From positions 910,803 through 949,999 of the forward strand of contig BCKZ01000009.1 of assembly GCA_001600815.1 (NCBI GenBank): a DNA stretch of 39,197 nt, in the 5' to 3' direction. The position numbers were made by a program, and so were the translations under genes. Below are positions 9,693-21,528 of the stretch, piece after piece. Positions within the stretch are counted from its first letter, which is position 1. Each line of letters opens with the position of its first letter. This stretch comes from Alloascoidea hylecoeti. Taxonomy: Eukaryota. The notes under the pieces are model-generated. The model did no database searches and was not told the DNA's origin. It saw nothing but the letters and a program-made list of their open reading frames with translations.

Positions 9693-12662
9693 ATGGCCTC
9701 TGCTGCAATCGATACAAAACGTCGTCTATCAAAAGGAATCTCCGTATCTCAAAAGGTTTTTGTTCGTTCAAGAAACGGAACAGCTGCTAAAATCGTTAGA
9801 GAACATTATCTTCGTGATGATATTCCTTGTTCTTCCCGTTCATGCCAAACTTGTGAACAAATCTCTGATGCTTCAGGTCAATTAATTCCTTTTATATTAT
9901 CTTCAGATCCTTTTAAAATTCAAAATTATGGTCCACATTACATTGTAATTGATACAAATATTGCTCTTCATGCAATTGATCTTTTGGAAAACAATTCAGC
10001 TTTTTTTGATGTTATAATTCCACAAATTGTTTTAGAAGAAGTTAAAAATCGAAGTTTACCAATTTATAATCGTCTTCGAACATTAAATAAAACAGAAGAT
10101 AAAAGATTTTATATCTTTCATAATGAATTTAGATATGACACTTTTGAAAATCGAAAAACTGGTGAATCAATAAATGATCGAAATGATAGAGCAATTAGAA
10201 CTGTTGTTAAATGGTATCAATCACATTTAAAAAAGTCAAATTCGAATATAAATATAATTTTAATTACTAATGATGTTGATAATAAATTAAAAGCAAAAAA
10301 TGAAGGAATTATTGCATTATCACTTGAAGAATATATTAAATTATTACCAAATTCTGAAGATTTAATTGATTCTATACCAACAACTGATTTTGAAAATGAT
10401 TTTAAAAATAGAAAACCAGAAACTTCTTATCCTGAATATTTTTCAACTTCTAGATTAAATGGTGGTTTAAGAAATAATACTTTATATCAAGGTAATATTT
10501 CAATTAATTCTTATAATTTTTTGGAAGGTTCAGTTAGTACAAAAGCATATCCAAAACCATTATTAATACTTGGAAGAAAAAATTTAAATAGAGCTTTTAA
10601 TGGAGATTCAGTAATTGTTGAATTATTACCACAATCAAAATGGCATAAACCATCAGATGAAATAATTGAAGAAGAATCTTTAGATTCAAATGATAATGCA
10701 GAAACTGAAGATAATGATTCTGATATAATTTCTGAAAAAGAACGAAAATTACTTGCAAAAGAAGCATTATCTGTTCAAAAATCATTTGTTGAAGATAGTT
10801 CCACAACAAAAATTCAACCAACTGCAAAAGTTGTTGGTATAATTAGAAGAAGTTGGAGATTATATGTTGGACAAATTTCTCCACAATCAATTTCAACATC
10901 ATCAACATCAAATAGTAATGCTTTAAGAAGTGTTTTTGTTATATTAATGGATAAAACTTTACCACGTATTAGAATCAAAACAAGAAAAGCACAATCATTA
11001 ATTGGTCAAAGAATAGTTGTTGTCATTGATTCATGGCCTTCAAATTCAAAATATCCAGAAGGTCATTTTGTTCGTTCTTTAGGAGCAATTGAATCAGAAG
11101 GTGCTGAAACTGAATCTCTTTTATTAGAACATGATGTTGAATATAGACCATTTGCTAAAACAGTTTTAGATTGTTTACCAAAAGAAGGTCATGATTGGAA
11201 AGTACCCTCAGATTTGGAATTATCAACAACTAATGATGAACAATTACGTAAAAGGCGTGATTTACGTGATTTACAAGTATGTAGTATTGATCCTCCTGGT
11301 TGTCAAGATATTGATGATGCATTACATGCAAGATTACTTGAAAATGGAAATTATGAAATTGGTGTTCATATTGCAGATGTTACACATTTCGTTAAACCAA
11401 ATACTCCTCTTGATGCAGAAGGAGCATCTCGTGGAACTTCAGTTTATTTAGTTGATAAACGTATTGATATGTTACCAATGTTATTAGGAACAGATTTATG
11501 TTCATTAAAACCATATGTTGAAAGATTTTCATTTTCAGTAATTTGGGAAATGGATGAAAATTCAAATATAATTAATGTTGATTTTACAAAATCAATTATT
11601 AAATCAAAAGAAGCTTTCAGTTATGAAGAAGCACAAAAAAGAATTGATAATTTAAAAAATCAAGATGAATTAACAAATGGAATGAGAATTTTATTAAAAA
11701 TTTCAAAAAAATTAAAACAAAAAAGATTAGATAATGGTGCATTAAATTTAGCAAGTCCTGAAGTTAAAGTTCATATGGACAGTGAAACAGCTGATCCAAA
11801 TCAAATTGAAATTAAAAAATTATTAGAAACAAATTCATTAGTTGAAGAATTTATGTTATTAGCAAATATTAGTGTTGCAAGAAAAATTTATGATTCTTTC
11901 CCACAATATGCAATGTTAAGAAGACATGCTCCACCACCTGCAACAAATTTTGAATTATTAAATGATCAATTACAAAAAAGAAAAAATTTAAGTATTAGTG
12001 TTGAAAGTTCAAAATCATTAGCTGATTCTTTAGATAGATGTATTGATCCATCAGAACCTTTTTTCAATACATTGGTTAGAATAATGGCAACAAGATGTAT
12101 GATGTCTGCAGAATATTTTAGTTCTGGTAATTATGGATATCCTGAATTTAGACATTATGGTCTTGCTGTTGATATTTATACACATTTTACAAGTCCAATT
12201 CGTCGATATGCTGATATTGTTGCACATCGTCAATTAGCTGCTGCAATATCATATGAATCATTAGATTTAAATCATCGTGATAAATTTAAAATGGAACAAG
12301 TTTGTAAAAATATTAATAAACGTCATAGAAATGCCCAATTTGCAGGAAGAGCAAGTATTGAATATTATGTTGGTCAAGTTATGAAACAAAATGAATCAAA
12401 TCAAGAAGGTTTTATAATAAAAGTATTTTCAAATGGTATTGTTGTATTGGTACCTAAATTTGGTGTTGAAGGATTAATTAAACTAGAACAATTAGGTAAA
12501 TCAGAAACTGCAATTTTTCATGATGATAGTTATATTTTAGATTTTAAAGATGATAATAATAATCAAAGATCAATTGGATTATTTGATAAAATACAAGTTA
12601 AAGTTGAATCAGTTTTAGATTCTACTACAGGAAAGAGAAAGACACAATTATCACTTATATAG
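9693..12662 (+). CDS. DIS3: Exosome catalytic subunit Dis3/Rrp44
   Basis: CR3/PIN N-terminus ([30 protein letters not shown]), RNB catalytic motif [15 protein letters not shown] and [13 protein letters not shown]. Likely ATG at 9693 (MASAAID). Confidence 0.97.
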   Translation: MASAAIDTKRRLSKGISVSQKVFVRSRNGTAAKIVREHYLRDDIPCSSRSCQTCEQISDASGQLIPFILSSDPFKIQNYGPHYIVIDTNIALHAIDLLENNSAFFDVIIPQIVLEEVKNRSLPIYNRLRTLNKTEDKRFYIFHNEFRYDTFENRKTGESINDRNDRAIRTVVKWYQSHLKKSNSNINIILITNDVDNKLKAKNEGIIALSLEEYIKLLPNSEDLIDSIPTTDFENDFKNRKPETSYPEYFSTSRLNGGLRNNTLYQGNISINSYNFLEGSVSTKAYPKPLLILGRKNLNRAFNGDSVIVELLPQSKWHKPSDEIIEEESLDSNDNAETEDNDSDIISEKERKLLAKEALSVQKSFVEDSSTTKIQPTAKVVGIIRRSWRLYVGQISPQSISTSSTSNSNALRSVFVILMDKTLPRIRIKTRKAQSLIGQRIVVVIDSWPSNSKYPEGHFVRSLGAIESEGAETESLLLEHDVEYRPFAKTVLDCLPKEGHDWKVPSDLELSTTNDEQLRKRRDLRDLQVCSIDPPGCQDIDDALHARLLENGNYEIGVHIADVTHFVKPNTPLDAEGASRGTSVYLVDKRIDMLPMLLGTDLCSLKPYVERFSFSVIWEMDENSNIINVDFTKSIIKSKEAFSYEEAQKRIDNLKNQDELTNGMRILLKISKKLKQKRLDNGALNLASPEVKVHMDSETADPNQIEIKKLLETNSLVEEFMLLANISVARKIYDSFPQYAMLRRHAPPPATNFELLNDQLQKRKNLSISVESSKSLADSLDRCIDPSEPFFNTLVRIMATRCMMSAEYFSSGNYGYPEFRHYGLAVDIYTHFTSPIRRYADIVAHRQLAAAISYESLDLNHRDKFKMEQVCKNINKRHRNAQFAGRASIEYYVGQVMKQNESNQEGFIIKVFSNGIVVLVPKFGVEGLIKLEQLGKSETAIFHDDSYILDFKDDNNNQRSIGLFDKIQVKVESVLDSTTGKRKTQLSLI

Positions 12663-12689
12663 ATTTTTTTTTATTATGCATATATATTT

Positions 12690-14957
12690 TTAATGTTGTT
12701 TAACAACACCAGATGCATCAGCAGAAGCTAATATATGTACTTTATAATCATAAATCGTTCCAGGAAATTTAACAACTTGACCATCTTCACAGACCCATAG
12801 TTGATTACAAACTCTATCAATCATTGTAACATCGTGAGAAACCATTAATATACCACCATTGAATTGTTTAAAAGCATCCGCTAATGAATCTAAACCTTGA
12901 GTATCTAAATGATTTGTAGGTTCATCTAAAATTAATATATGTGGATTTGCTAAACCAAGTGCAGCAAAAGCTACACGAGATTTTTGACCACCAGAAAGTA
13001 AAGCCATTTTTTGCAAACCTAATGTACCTGTAATACCAAAAGCACCTAGATGACGACGATATTCTTCATCACTTTTACCATGGAAAGTTTTCGCCATCCA
13101 ACTAACAGCACTTAAATTAAGATCCATTTGATCAACATGATGTTGAGCAAAATAACCAATTCTTAATCTTGGGTTTCTTGACATTATGCCATCAACTGGT
13201 TGTAATTGACCTAATAATAATTTTAAAAGTGTTGTTTTTCCTGCACCATTAGCACCAACTAAAGCAATTCTTGAATCCATTTGAACATCTAAATCACAAC
13301 CTTTTAATATTAATTTTTCAGGAGTATAACCAAATGAAACATCTTGTAATTGAATAATTGGTGGAGATAATTTTTCAGCTTCAGGAAATCTAAAAACAAT
13401 TGATTTCACTTCTTCTGGTGGTTCTAAAATTGGTAATTTTTCTAATTTTTTAATTCTTGATTGTGCTTCAGAAGATTTTGCAGCATTATATCTAAATTTA
13501 TCAATAAAAGTTTGTAAATGTTTTCTATAAGCCATTTGATTTTCATATTCTCTAACTGCATTTTTTTGTCTTTCTTCTCTTGTTGCATAGAAATTATCAA
13601 AATTAGAGCCTCTATAATAATCTAAACGTTCTGAATGTTGATGAATAATATCAGTAGCTACTTCATTTAAAAATGCACGATCGTGTGAAACAACCAATAC
13701 AGTACTTGGGTAACCTCTTAAATAATCAGCAAGATAAGTAATTGAAGGAACATCCAACATATTGGAAGGTTCATCAAGTAATAATAAATCAGGTTTACAA
13801 AATAGAGCTCTTGCTAATGAAAGACGCATTCTCCAACCACCAGAAAATGAATTTGTTGGCATACCTTGAGATTCTTTTGAAAAACCAAGACCAGATAAAA
13901 TTGAAGCAGCTCTACCTTCAGCTTTATCACTTTCAATTTCAGCTAATTTTGAATCAACATCTAATAAATGTTCTTCAAGTTCATCTCTTTCAGCATCTAA
14001 TTGTCTAACTTCATGAGATTCTTCATCAAATTCTTTTCGTAATTTTTCAATTTCAGAAACTCTTTCATTTATTTTTGATTCTTCAATAAGTAATTGTTTT
14101 CTCCAAACATCAGCATCAAGAACAGATTGTAAAGCAGTGGTATCATCACCAGTTAATTCTTGTTCAACATGTAAAATTGTGATATGTTTTGGAATATTTA
14201 ATTCTCTTCTTGCCAATGCACGAAGTAAAGTAGATTTACCAATACCATTCTGACCAACAAGACCATATCTATGACCATAACTTAAAGTAAGAGTTGTATC
14301 AGATAAAATTCTTTTACCAGCTCCAACATATAAATCAAAATTTTCAACTTTAATATCTTTACTTTTACCATAAGATCCACCAACATCTAAAGGATTTACT
14401 TTTAAATAAAAAGAGTCATAATCTTCTTGCTCTTGTTCTTCTAAAATTCTTGAAGCTTCATAATTAATTGCTTGACGAACAGCATTTTCTTCACGTTTTT
14501 CTAATTTAGCTCTAATTTTTCTTTCAGCTTTTTCTAACTTCTTTTTATCAACTCTTGTTTCCATTTTTCTACCAGTATGTTCAATATCAGTTGTAGCACC
14601 AAGTAAAGCCATTGAAGAAGATTGTCTTTGTGATTGATTTGCTAATAATGTACGATCAATAACTCTTCTACTTGTATCACCAACTAAAGCCATTTTTGAT
14701 GCATTTTCTTCCAATAATTTTGTAAAATGAGATCTTAAATTTTCAGATAATTTAGAAACAGCATCCGAATTCCCACCAGCACTAATTAAAAGATATTGAA
14801 GAAATGAAATCTCTTGTGATATATTTAAACCTACACTAGCAACAGCATCATGAGTTAAAGATTCAACATAGCTAGCATAACCAGCAGCGTATTCAGAAAC
14901 AATCGGGTCGATTGAAGGAACAGCTTTTCTAACTTGAACGGAAATTGGAGGTGCCAT
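12690..14957 (-). CDS. GCN20: ABC-F ATPase Gcn20
   Basis: Two nucleotide-binding domains (GQNGIGKST, FSGGWRMR, GANGAGKT, LSGGQKSR), no transmembrane domain, and a Gcn20-type N-terminus (QVRKAVPSIDPIVSEYA). Confidence 0.95.
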   Translation of the reverse strand: MAPPISVQVRKAVPSIDPIVSEYAAGYASYVESLTHDAVASVGLNISQEISFLQYLLISAGGNSDAVSKLSENLRSHFTKLLEENASKMALVGDTSRRVIDRTLLANQSQRQSSSMALLGATTDIEHTGRKMETRVDKKKLEKAERKIRAKLEKREENAVRQAINYEASRILEEQEQEDYDSFYLKVNPLDVGGSYGKSKDIKVENFDLYVGAGKRILSDTTLTLSYGHRYGLVGQNGIGKSTLLRALARRELNIPKHITILHVEQELTGDDTTALQSVLDADVWRKQLLIEESKINERVSEIEKLRKEFDEESHEVRQLDAERDELEEHLLDVDSKLAEIESDKAEGRAASILSGLGFSKESQGMPTNSFSGGWRMRLSLARALFCKPDLLLLDEPSNMLDVPSITYLADYLRGYPSTVLVVSHDRAFLNEVATDIIHQHSERLDYYRGSNFDNFYATREERQKNAVREYENQMAYRKHLQTFIDKFRYNAAKSSEAQSRIKKLEKLPILEPPEEVKSIVFRFPEAEKLSPPIIQLQDVSFGYTPEKLILKGCDLDVQMDSRIALVGANGAGKTTLLKLLLGQLQPVDGIMSRNPRLRIGYFAQHHVDQMDLNLSAVSWMAKTFHGKSDEEYRRHLGAFGITGTLGLQKMALLSGGQKSRVAFAALGLANPHILILDEPTNHLDTQGLDSLADAFKQFNGGILMVSHDVTMIDRVCNQLWVCEDGQVVKFPGTIYDYKVHILASADASGVVKQH

Positions 14958-15132
14958 TTATTTCATCAAATTATTTTGATGCTGATTTTGATGATTTTTA
15001 TGAGTAACAAAATTGAAAATTGAAAATTGAACATCACGTGCTGCTGACCACGTTTTTTCCATTGAAAAAGTGAAAAATTATATCTGAGACATCATCTGTT
15101 ATACTTATTATTTTTCAACAACAAATCAAAAA
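14958..15132. promoter_or_regulatory. Compact bidirectional promoter GCN20/ARO3 with TCACGTG (Cbf1-type) and ATGAGTAA (Gcn4/Yap-like) motifs
   Basis: 175 bp between the divergent ATGs; TCACGTG at 15034-15040 and ATGAGTAA at about 15000-15007. Confidence 0.45.
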
Positions 15133-16318
<1,186 letters not shown>

Positions 16319-17092
16319 GTTCTTTTTTCTGTTAAAGATATATAGCAGTTTTATGAATTAGAGATATAGCATGTATTAGGATTAGCCTTATACTTTTTTA
16401 TGTTTTATTGTATCTTATTTTAGAATTGGCTATAGCCATGGAAATTAAAAGTTTTAATATATAATAAATTTAGGTAGATTAAAAATCTAAAGTAAAACTT
16501 TCAATGGATAATGTTATAGTAGTTTAAATTGAAAATTGAAGTTGCTAGCAATAGTATATAAGAACTTAAATACAATTTGAATTGCAATGGTTCATAATTA
16601 TAAATAGGAAGAAGTTTAAGAAGTAAAACAATTGTGTAATTGTACTGTATGAGCTAACAAAATAAATAAATAAAAAAATTCATCTTTTTACAAATATTTA
16701 ATCAAAAGAATTTAATAATAATGTAGTGAGTAGTGATGATAAAGTAAATGCAAGTTTTTTAATATAATGATGTAGTATGTATAAAAATATTCTCTCGTTA
16801 TCAATATAAAGTTTTGTTTGTTTGTTTAATAAGTTATTTCATTTGATTTCCAATTGTTGTATAAAATCCTCATTCAAATTTAAAAATTAATTTAAATTTA
16901 TAAGTCTTCAAAATCAAAATATTGATTATATTTTTCTAATGACCATTCCATCATGCTATTATTAATTTATATTATATATCAGTTCTTATTTAATTTGTTC
17001 TATTTTGTTGATATCAGTATCCATTACTGTCATATAATATAAAAAATATAAAAAATATAAAAAATTGTGTGTACATTATGATCATGTTCATA

Positions 17093-18008
17093 TTAAATCA
17101 ATTTCTCAATTTTAGCTTCGAGTTCATTGATATAATTTTGAAGGTCTAAATATATTCATAAATAGTTAGTTAAGTAGTAAATAATATCAAAAATATGGTT
17201 ATTAATAACATACCTGATACTTGATATCTTAAAGTTTCATTTTCATCTTTCATGATTCCAAGTTCAATTTGTTTTTGATTAGACCGTCCATAAGAAAGAA
17301 GTTTCTAGATGATATAATTAGTTAATATCATTAAGAATATTGCTTAAAAAAATGAAACTTACAGCTAATTCTTCATTTTCTTTTGTTAAAAGTTGTAATT
17401 TAACAACAATTTTATGAGCAATATCTTGTTCATCTAAAAATTTCAATTGTTTTGTAACATTATTAATTCCAGAAACAGTAGCAGCAGCTGAATTATTATT
17501 TCCATTTGAATTTGAATTTGGATTAGGATTTGAAAATTGATTTAAATTTAATCCATTATAATCATTAATTGCAATTGCTGTTATAATTGCTTCTAATCTC
17601 ATTTTTAATTCTTCAATTTTTTGATTTTTTAAATTTAATTCATTAATTAATTTTTTGAAAATTAATTCAATTTTTGGATCAACATTAAAATTTAAATTAG
17701 AATTTCCATTTCCACTCAGATTTATATTGTTTGTATTTGTATTGTTATTGCTTGTAGTTAATGTTGAATTAGATGTCGATAAATTTGTTAATAAATTAGA
17801 TAATTTTGAAATTTCATTATTTAAATCTTCTGCTTCCTCTTCTTTTAATTTTAACTTTATTTTCAAATCTTGTTCTTCAGTTATTGATGAAACACTTGAT
17901 AAATCAGTTGAAATATTCATACTATTAACTGGGCTACTACTATTAATATTAGAATTATATCCATTATTTGAAGTTAAAGAAGTAATTGAATGAGAATGGT
18001 TTAAAAGT

Positions 18009-18040
<32 letters not shown>

Positions 18041-18388
18041 TTGTTGCTGTTGTTGCTGTTGTTGTGATGGAGTATAATGATTATTGGAACTCATATAGTT
18101 TAAATTATGTTGAGAAAAATCAACAGATGGAATTCTTGTTTGTGAATGATTTCCAACACCACCAGTTGGGAAACCTTGTTGATTATAAAGTAATTGAGAA
18201 TATTCATAATTGTTACTTCCTGTAGATGATGAACCTGATTGAGAAGAAGGTTTCTTATCGGAAACGATGGGAGTTTTAGAATCCGGAGTGAATGGATTAA
18301 ATTGAAGAGTTGAAGAACCTGGTGGGACAGGACCAGGAGAAGGAGAAGATGAACCCATTGTGCCCATATTTAAATAATTAAGACTCAT
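17093..18388 (-). CDS. MUM2: Mum2 (WTAP-like subunit of the m6A methyltransferase complex); exons 18388-17363, 17304-17214, 17145-17093 (389 aa)
   Basis: Splicing at GTAAGT..AACTAAT..TAG and GTATGT..AACTAAC..TAG restores IAHKIVVKLQLLTKENEELA|KLLSYGRSNQKQIELGIMKDENETLR, the conserved Mum2 C-terminal coiled coil as recalled. Confidence 0.82.
18007..18065. repeat. CAA/CAG polyglutamine tract in MUM2
   Basis: Run of about 19 Gln codons on the minus strand. Confidence 0.9.
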
Positions 18389-18657
18389 ATTGATATTTTT
18401 GATGGTTGCCTTTGATGGATCTTCGTATTGTAAATTGAGCTATTCGGAGAAGAAAGGGAATCAGCCAGCCGTCTGGATGCGATAGAAAGAAAAACACTTA
18501 CGGTTGAAGGTTGGTACGCCATTTTCTACACCACTGAAAAAAAACACACAGAAAAAAGGGGTAAAAACGTTTACAAGAAAAAAGAAGAAAAAGAAGAAGA
18601 AACGAAAAAAAAGGGATAAATGAGTGTTTTTATATTCATTCGGTACATTAAACTAAA

Positions 18658-20985
18658 CTAAACGATAACCCGTTCAAAGAAATAAATATACGCATTTTCA
18701 ACCAACCCATCCAAATTTTGACCTTCTGCTTTAACCACTTTTTCATCATTAAACAACACCCAATCTCTATTTTTCCTAACACATGCTACATAATGTCCAG
18801 AATGAACACTTGGTCCTTTATGACAAATAGTAGCTTTTAATTTATATAACGATGGTTTGTGTGCTGTTCCAAATACTATTGGATTTTCTTGCGAATCATC
18901 TTCTCCTTCATCACCGGGATTAGAGAATAACCAATCAATTGATGCTTCAGGATTTCCTTTATTTATTCTTAATGCTTTTCGAGCTTGTTTTGATGTAAAT
19001 CCCATATCAACCAATTGTTCTATTTTTGATTCCATTTGTTTAGATTTTTTACTTAAAATTAACGGTGAATCAATATCTGAATCATCCATATGTTCAAAAA
19101 TCCAATTCATTGCAACTTCTGCATTATTATTCCCTGTATTATATAATCCTCTAATACATCTATTATTTGGAAACCCCATTGATTGTAACATTTCAAAAGC
19201 TGATTCATTTGGTTTAAATTTTTCTTCTTCTTCTTCATCGTCTGGTAATTTTTCTTCACCTGGTTGTAAACCTTTACTGAAATATTTTTCCATTGAAAAA
19301 ACTTCTTTTGTATCTAAAATTGGAATTTCTAATTTTTTTGGTTCCCATCCAATTATTTTAAATCTTCTTGCATTTAAAATTAATGATATTGGTAATGTTT
19401 TAAAACCAATTCTTTTAATTGCTGTTGTTTTTATTTTACAAAATGGACAATTATATTCAAGTTTTTCTTGTTGTGTAAAAATATCTAATACTTGATTAAA
19501 ATGAATTGGTTCATATAAATCTTTATCATTTTCAGATATTTTTTCTGATAATTTTGCAGGAATATCAACAGAAATGTTTTCACAAGTAATTGTTGAATAT
19601 CGAACTTTTTTACAATCAAGGCATTGTAATTTTTCTTCAGTCATAAATCTAAACATATTAGTCGGTGTATTTAAAATATTTGAATGTCCTGGTAATGGAG
19701 TATCTAAATTTGGGATTGGTTTCCTTTTAATTGATTCATCAATTTTATCAATTAGATATAATAAAAATTCAAAAGCATCTTGTTGTCTCATTGAAGAAAA
19801 TTCTTCATTTCCTCTACCAACTAATGCTTTAAACATACTTGGTTCGATACCTGATTGATATTTCCCTTCAAAATCATCAGGAATTGAGTATCTACCTGAT
19901 ATCAAACCATCTGCAATTTTTCTAAATTGAATTTCAAAATCAACTGCTGGTTCATTTCTTTCAATCCAATCTTTTCTCATTGGTTTATAATATCTTTCAA
20001 TAAAAGGTTTAAAAGAAAACAAAACTTGTAAAACTGATGCTAAATAACATGAATTACCTAAATTTTTAATACCTGTTAATTCATTACCAAAAATTGGTTT
20101 TAAATCTTCTCCATCATCACCAGACATATTAAATTGCCATTTTAAATTTTGTTCAATATTTAATTCCATTATTGATTTTTCAGTTTTATGCATTTTTTTA
20201 ATATCAATCCCCCAATTTAATAAATGTTTATTTAAAAATGGATCAATTACTTCATCATTTTCTGCATAACTATAAACATCAGGTTGAGTTCCATCTGTAC
20301 CAAGACTACCTAATTTAACAGCTAATGGATGCCCTGTTGAATCAAAATGATGTAAAGCATGACTTTCACCTCCAACTCCTCCAAATTGTGCTCTACCGCA
20401 TCCAACACTACCACAAGATAAACAAAACCATAAATTTTCATGTAAATCACATTGTGAACATTTATCAATTGAATTGGATAAATCTTTTGAACTTAATTGC
20501 TTTAAATCATTTGCATATTTTGAAATTTTAATTTCTTGTTCCCATGCTTTAACTTCATTATGTCTATTATAAGAAGTTGCATTTAAAACAGCTTCAATTA
20601 CTTCAGGTAATGGATTAATTTTTGAATCAATTTTTTCATTACATGGTAAACAAAAAACAGAAGTTAAAGTATCATAATAATCTTCTTCAGTTTCTGCTTT
20701 AATTTCTAATTTTAATAATTTATTATTATTTTTATGATTTATTAATTTATCATTTTTTTTAATTTTTTTAATATTTAAATAAATTGAATGATTTGTTGTT
20801 TCATAATGAAATTGAGTATGTTTTAATTCTCCATTTGAAAAAGAATTAAAACATGATAAACAAATGTCGATCCCTGTTGACGAAAATGGTGTATCGAATG
20901 ATAATGTGCTATCATCTTTATAAATTGGTTGATGAATTGATGGATAAAATGGTGGATTTGAAGCAAAATGTTGACAAATACTCAT
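18658..20985 (-). CDS. UBP14: Ubiquitin C-terminal hydrolase Ubp14 (USP5/isopeptidase T family)
   Basis: ZnF-UBP (CSQCDLHENLWFCLSCGSVGCGR), Cys box GIKNLGNSCYLASVLQ, QQDAFEF, two UBA domains and His box HKGPSVHSGHY. Confidence 0.96.
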   Translation of the reverse strand: MSICQHFASNPPFYPSIHQPIYKDDSTLSFDTPFSSTGIDICLSCFNSFSNGELKHTQFHYETTNHSIYLNIKKIKKNDKLINHKNNNKLLKLEIKAETEEDYYDTLTSVFCLPCNEKIDSKINPLPEVIEAVLNATSYNRHNEVKAWEQEIKISKYANDLKQLSSKDLSNSIDKCSQCDLHENLWFCLSCGSVGCGRAQFGGVGGESHALHHFDSTGHPLAVKLGSLGTDGTQPDVYSYAENDEVIDPFLNKHLLNWGIDIKKMHKTEKSIMELNIEQNLKWQFNMSGDDGEDLKPIFGNELTGIKNLGNSCYLASVLQVLFSFKPFIERYYKPMRKDWIERNEPAVDFEIQFRKIADGLISGRYSIPDDFEGKYQSGIEPSMFKALVGRGNEEFSSMRQQDAFEFLLYLIDKIDESIKRKPIPNLDTPLPGHSNILNTPTNMFRFMTEEKLQCLDCKKVRYSTITCENISVDIPAKLSEKISENDKDLYEPIHFNQVLDIFTQQEKLEYNCPFCKIKTTAIKRIGFKTLPISLILNARRFKIIGWEPKKLEIPILDTKEVFSMEKYFSKGLQPGEEKLPDDEEEEEKFKPNESAFEMLQSMGFPNNRCIRGLYNTGNNNAEVAMNWIFEHMDDSDIDSPLILSKKSKQMESKIEQLVDMGFTSKQARKALRINKGNPEASIDWLFSNPGDEGEDDSQENPIVFGTAHKPSLYKLKATICHKGPSVHSGHYVACVRKNRDWVLFNDEKVVKAEGQNLDGLVENAYIYFFERVIV

Positions 20986-21528
20986 GATTTTAAACAGTTT
21001 CTGAATTTAATTGATATATGTTTAAAAAAGAAGAGAAGAATCAAAAAGAATCAAAGAGAGATGATCTGAAAGGTGTGTGTATGGGTGTTTCCAGATCCCA
21101 ATATAAGCGTATTTCACTTAATTTGGGCCACATGATGTACTATTGTTTCGTATGGCGTATCCAAATCAATATATCAAGTTATTGGTCGATAAGTGATATC
21201 TTTAATCTACAACAATTTACCATTGAAAAGGTAAAAAAGGACTTTTCAGGCTACTGAGAATTATCATTGTAAGATTGAAAAAAAAATTTTTTTTGAGAAT
21301 AGAAATCTAGAAATAATTATTCCAAAAGTGAATCTACAGCTGTGTTTGAAATTTAATTTTGAATAGTCAATGATATCCTATACATGTATATATAAAAAGA
21401 AAAAAAAAAACTTTCTTATAGAGGCTATTCCTAGGTCACTGGTGTACAAATATTTTTATTGTTGATTAATAAAATTAAAATTACATGTTTATGTTTTGAA
21501 AAAAATAAACAGTGCTCGTTCCAGAGGT

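Noticed and set aside
18857..19858. Antisense ORFs inside UBP14 (and similar ones inside DIS3, GCN20 and MUM2)
   Set aside because: Shadow frames of conserved genes with no recognisable motifs.
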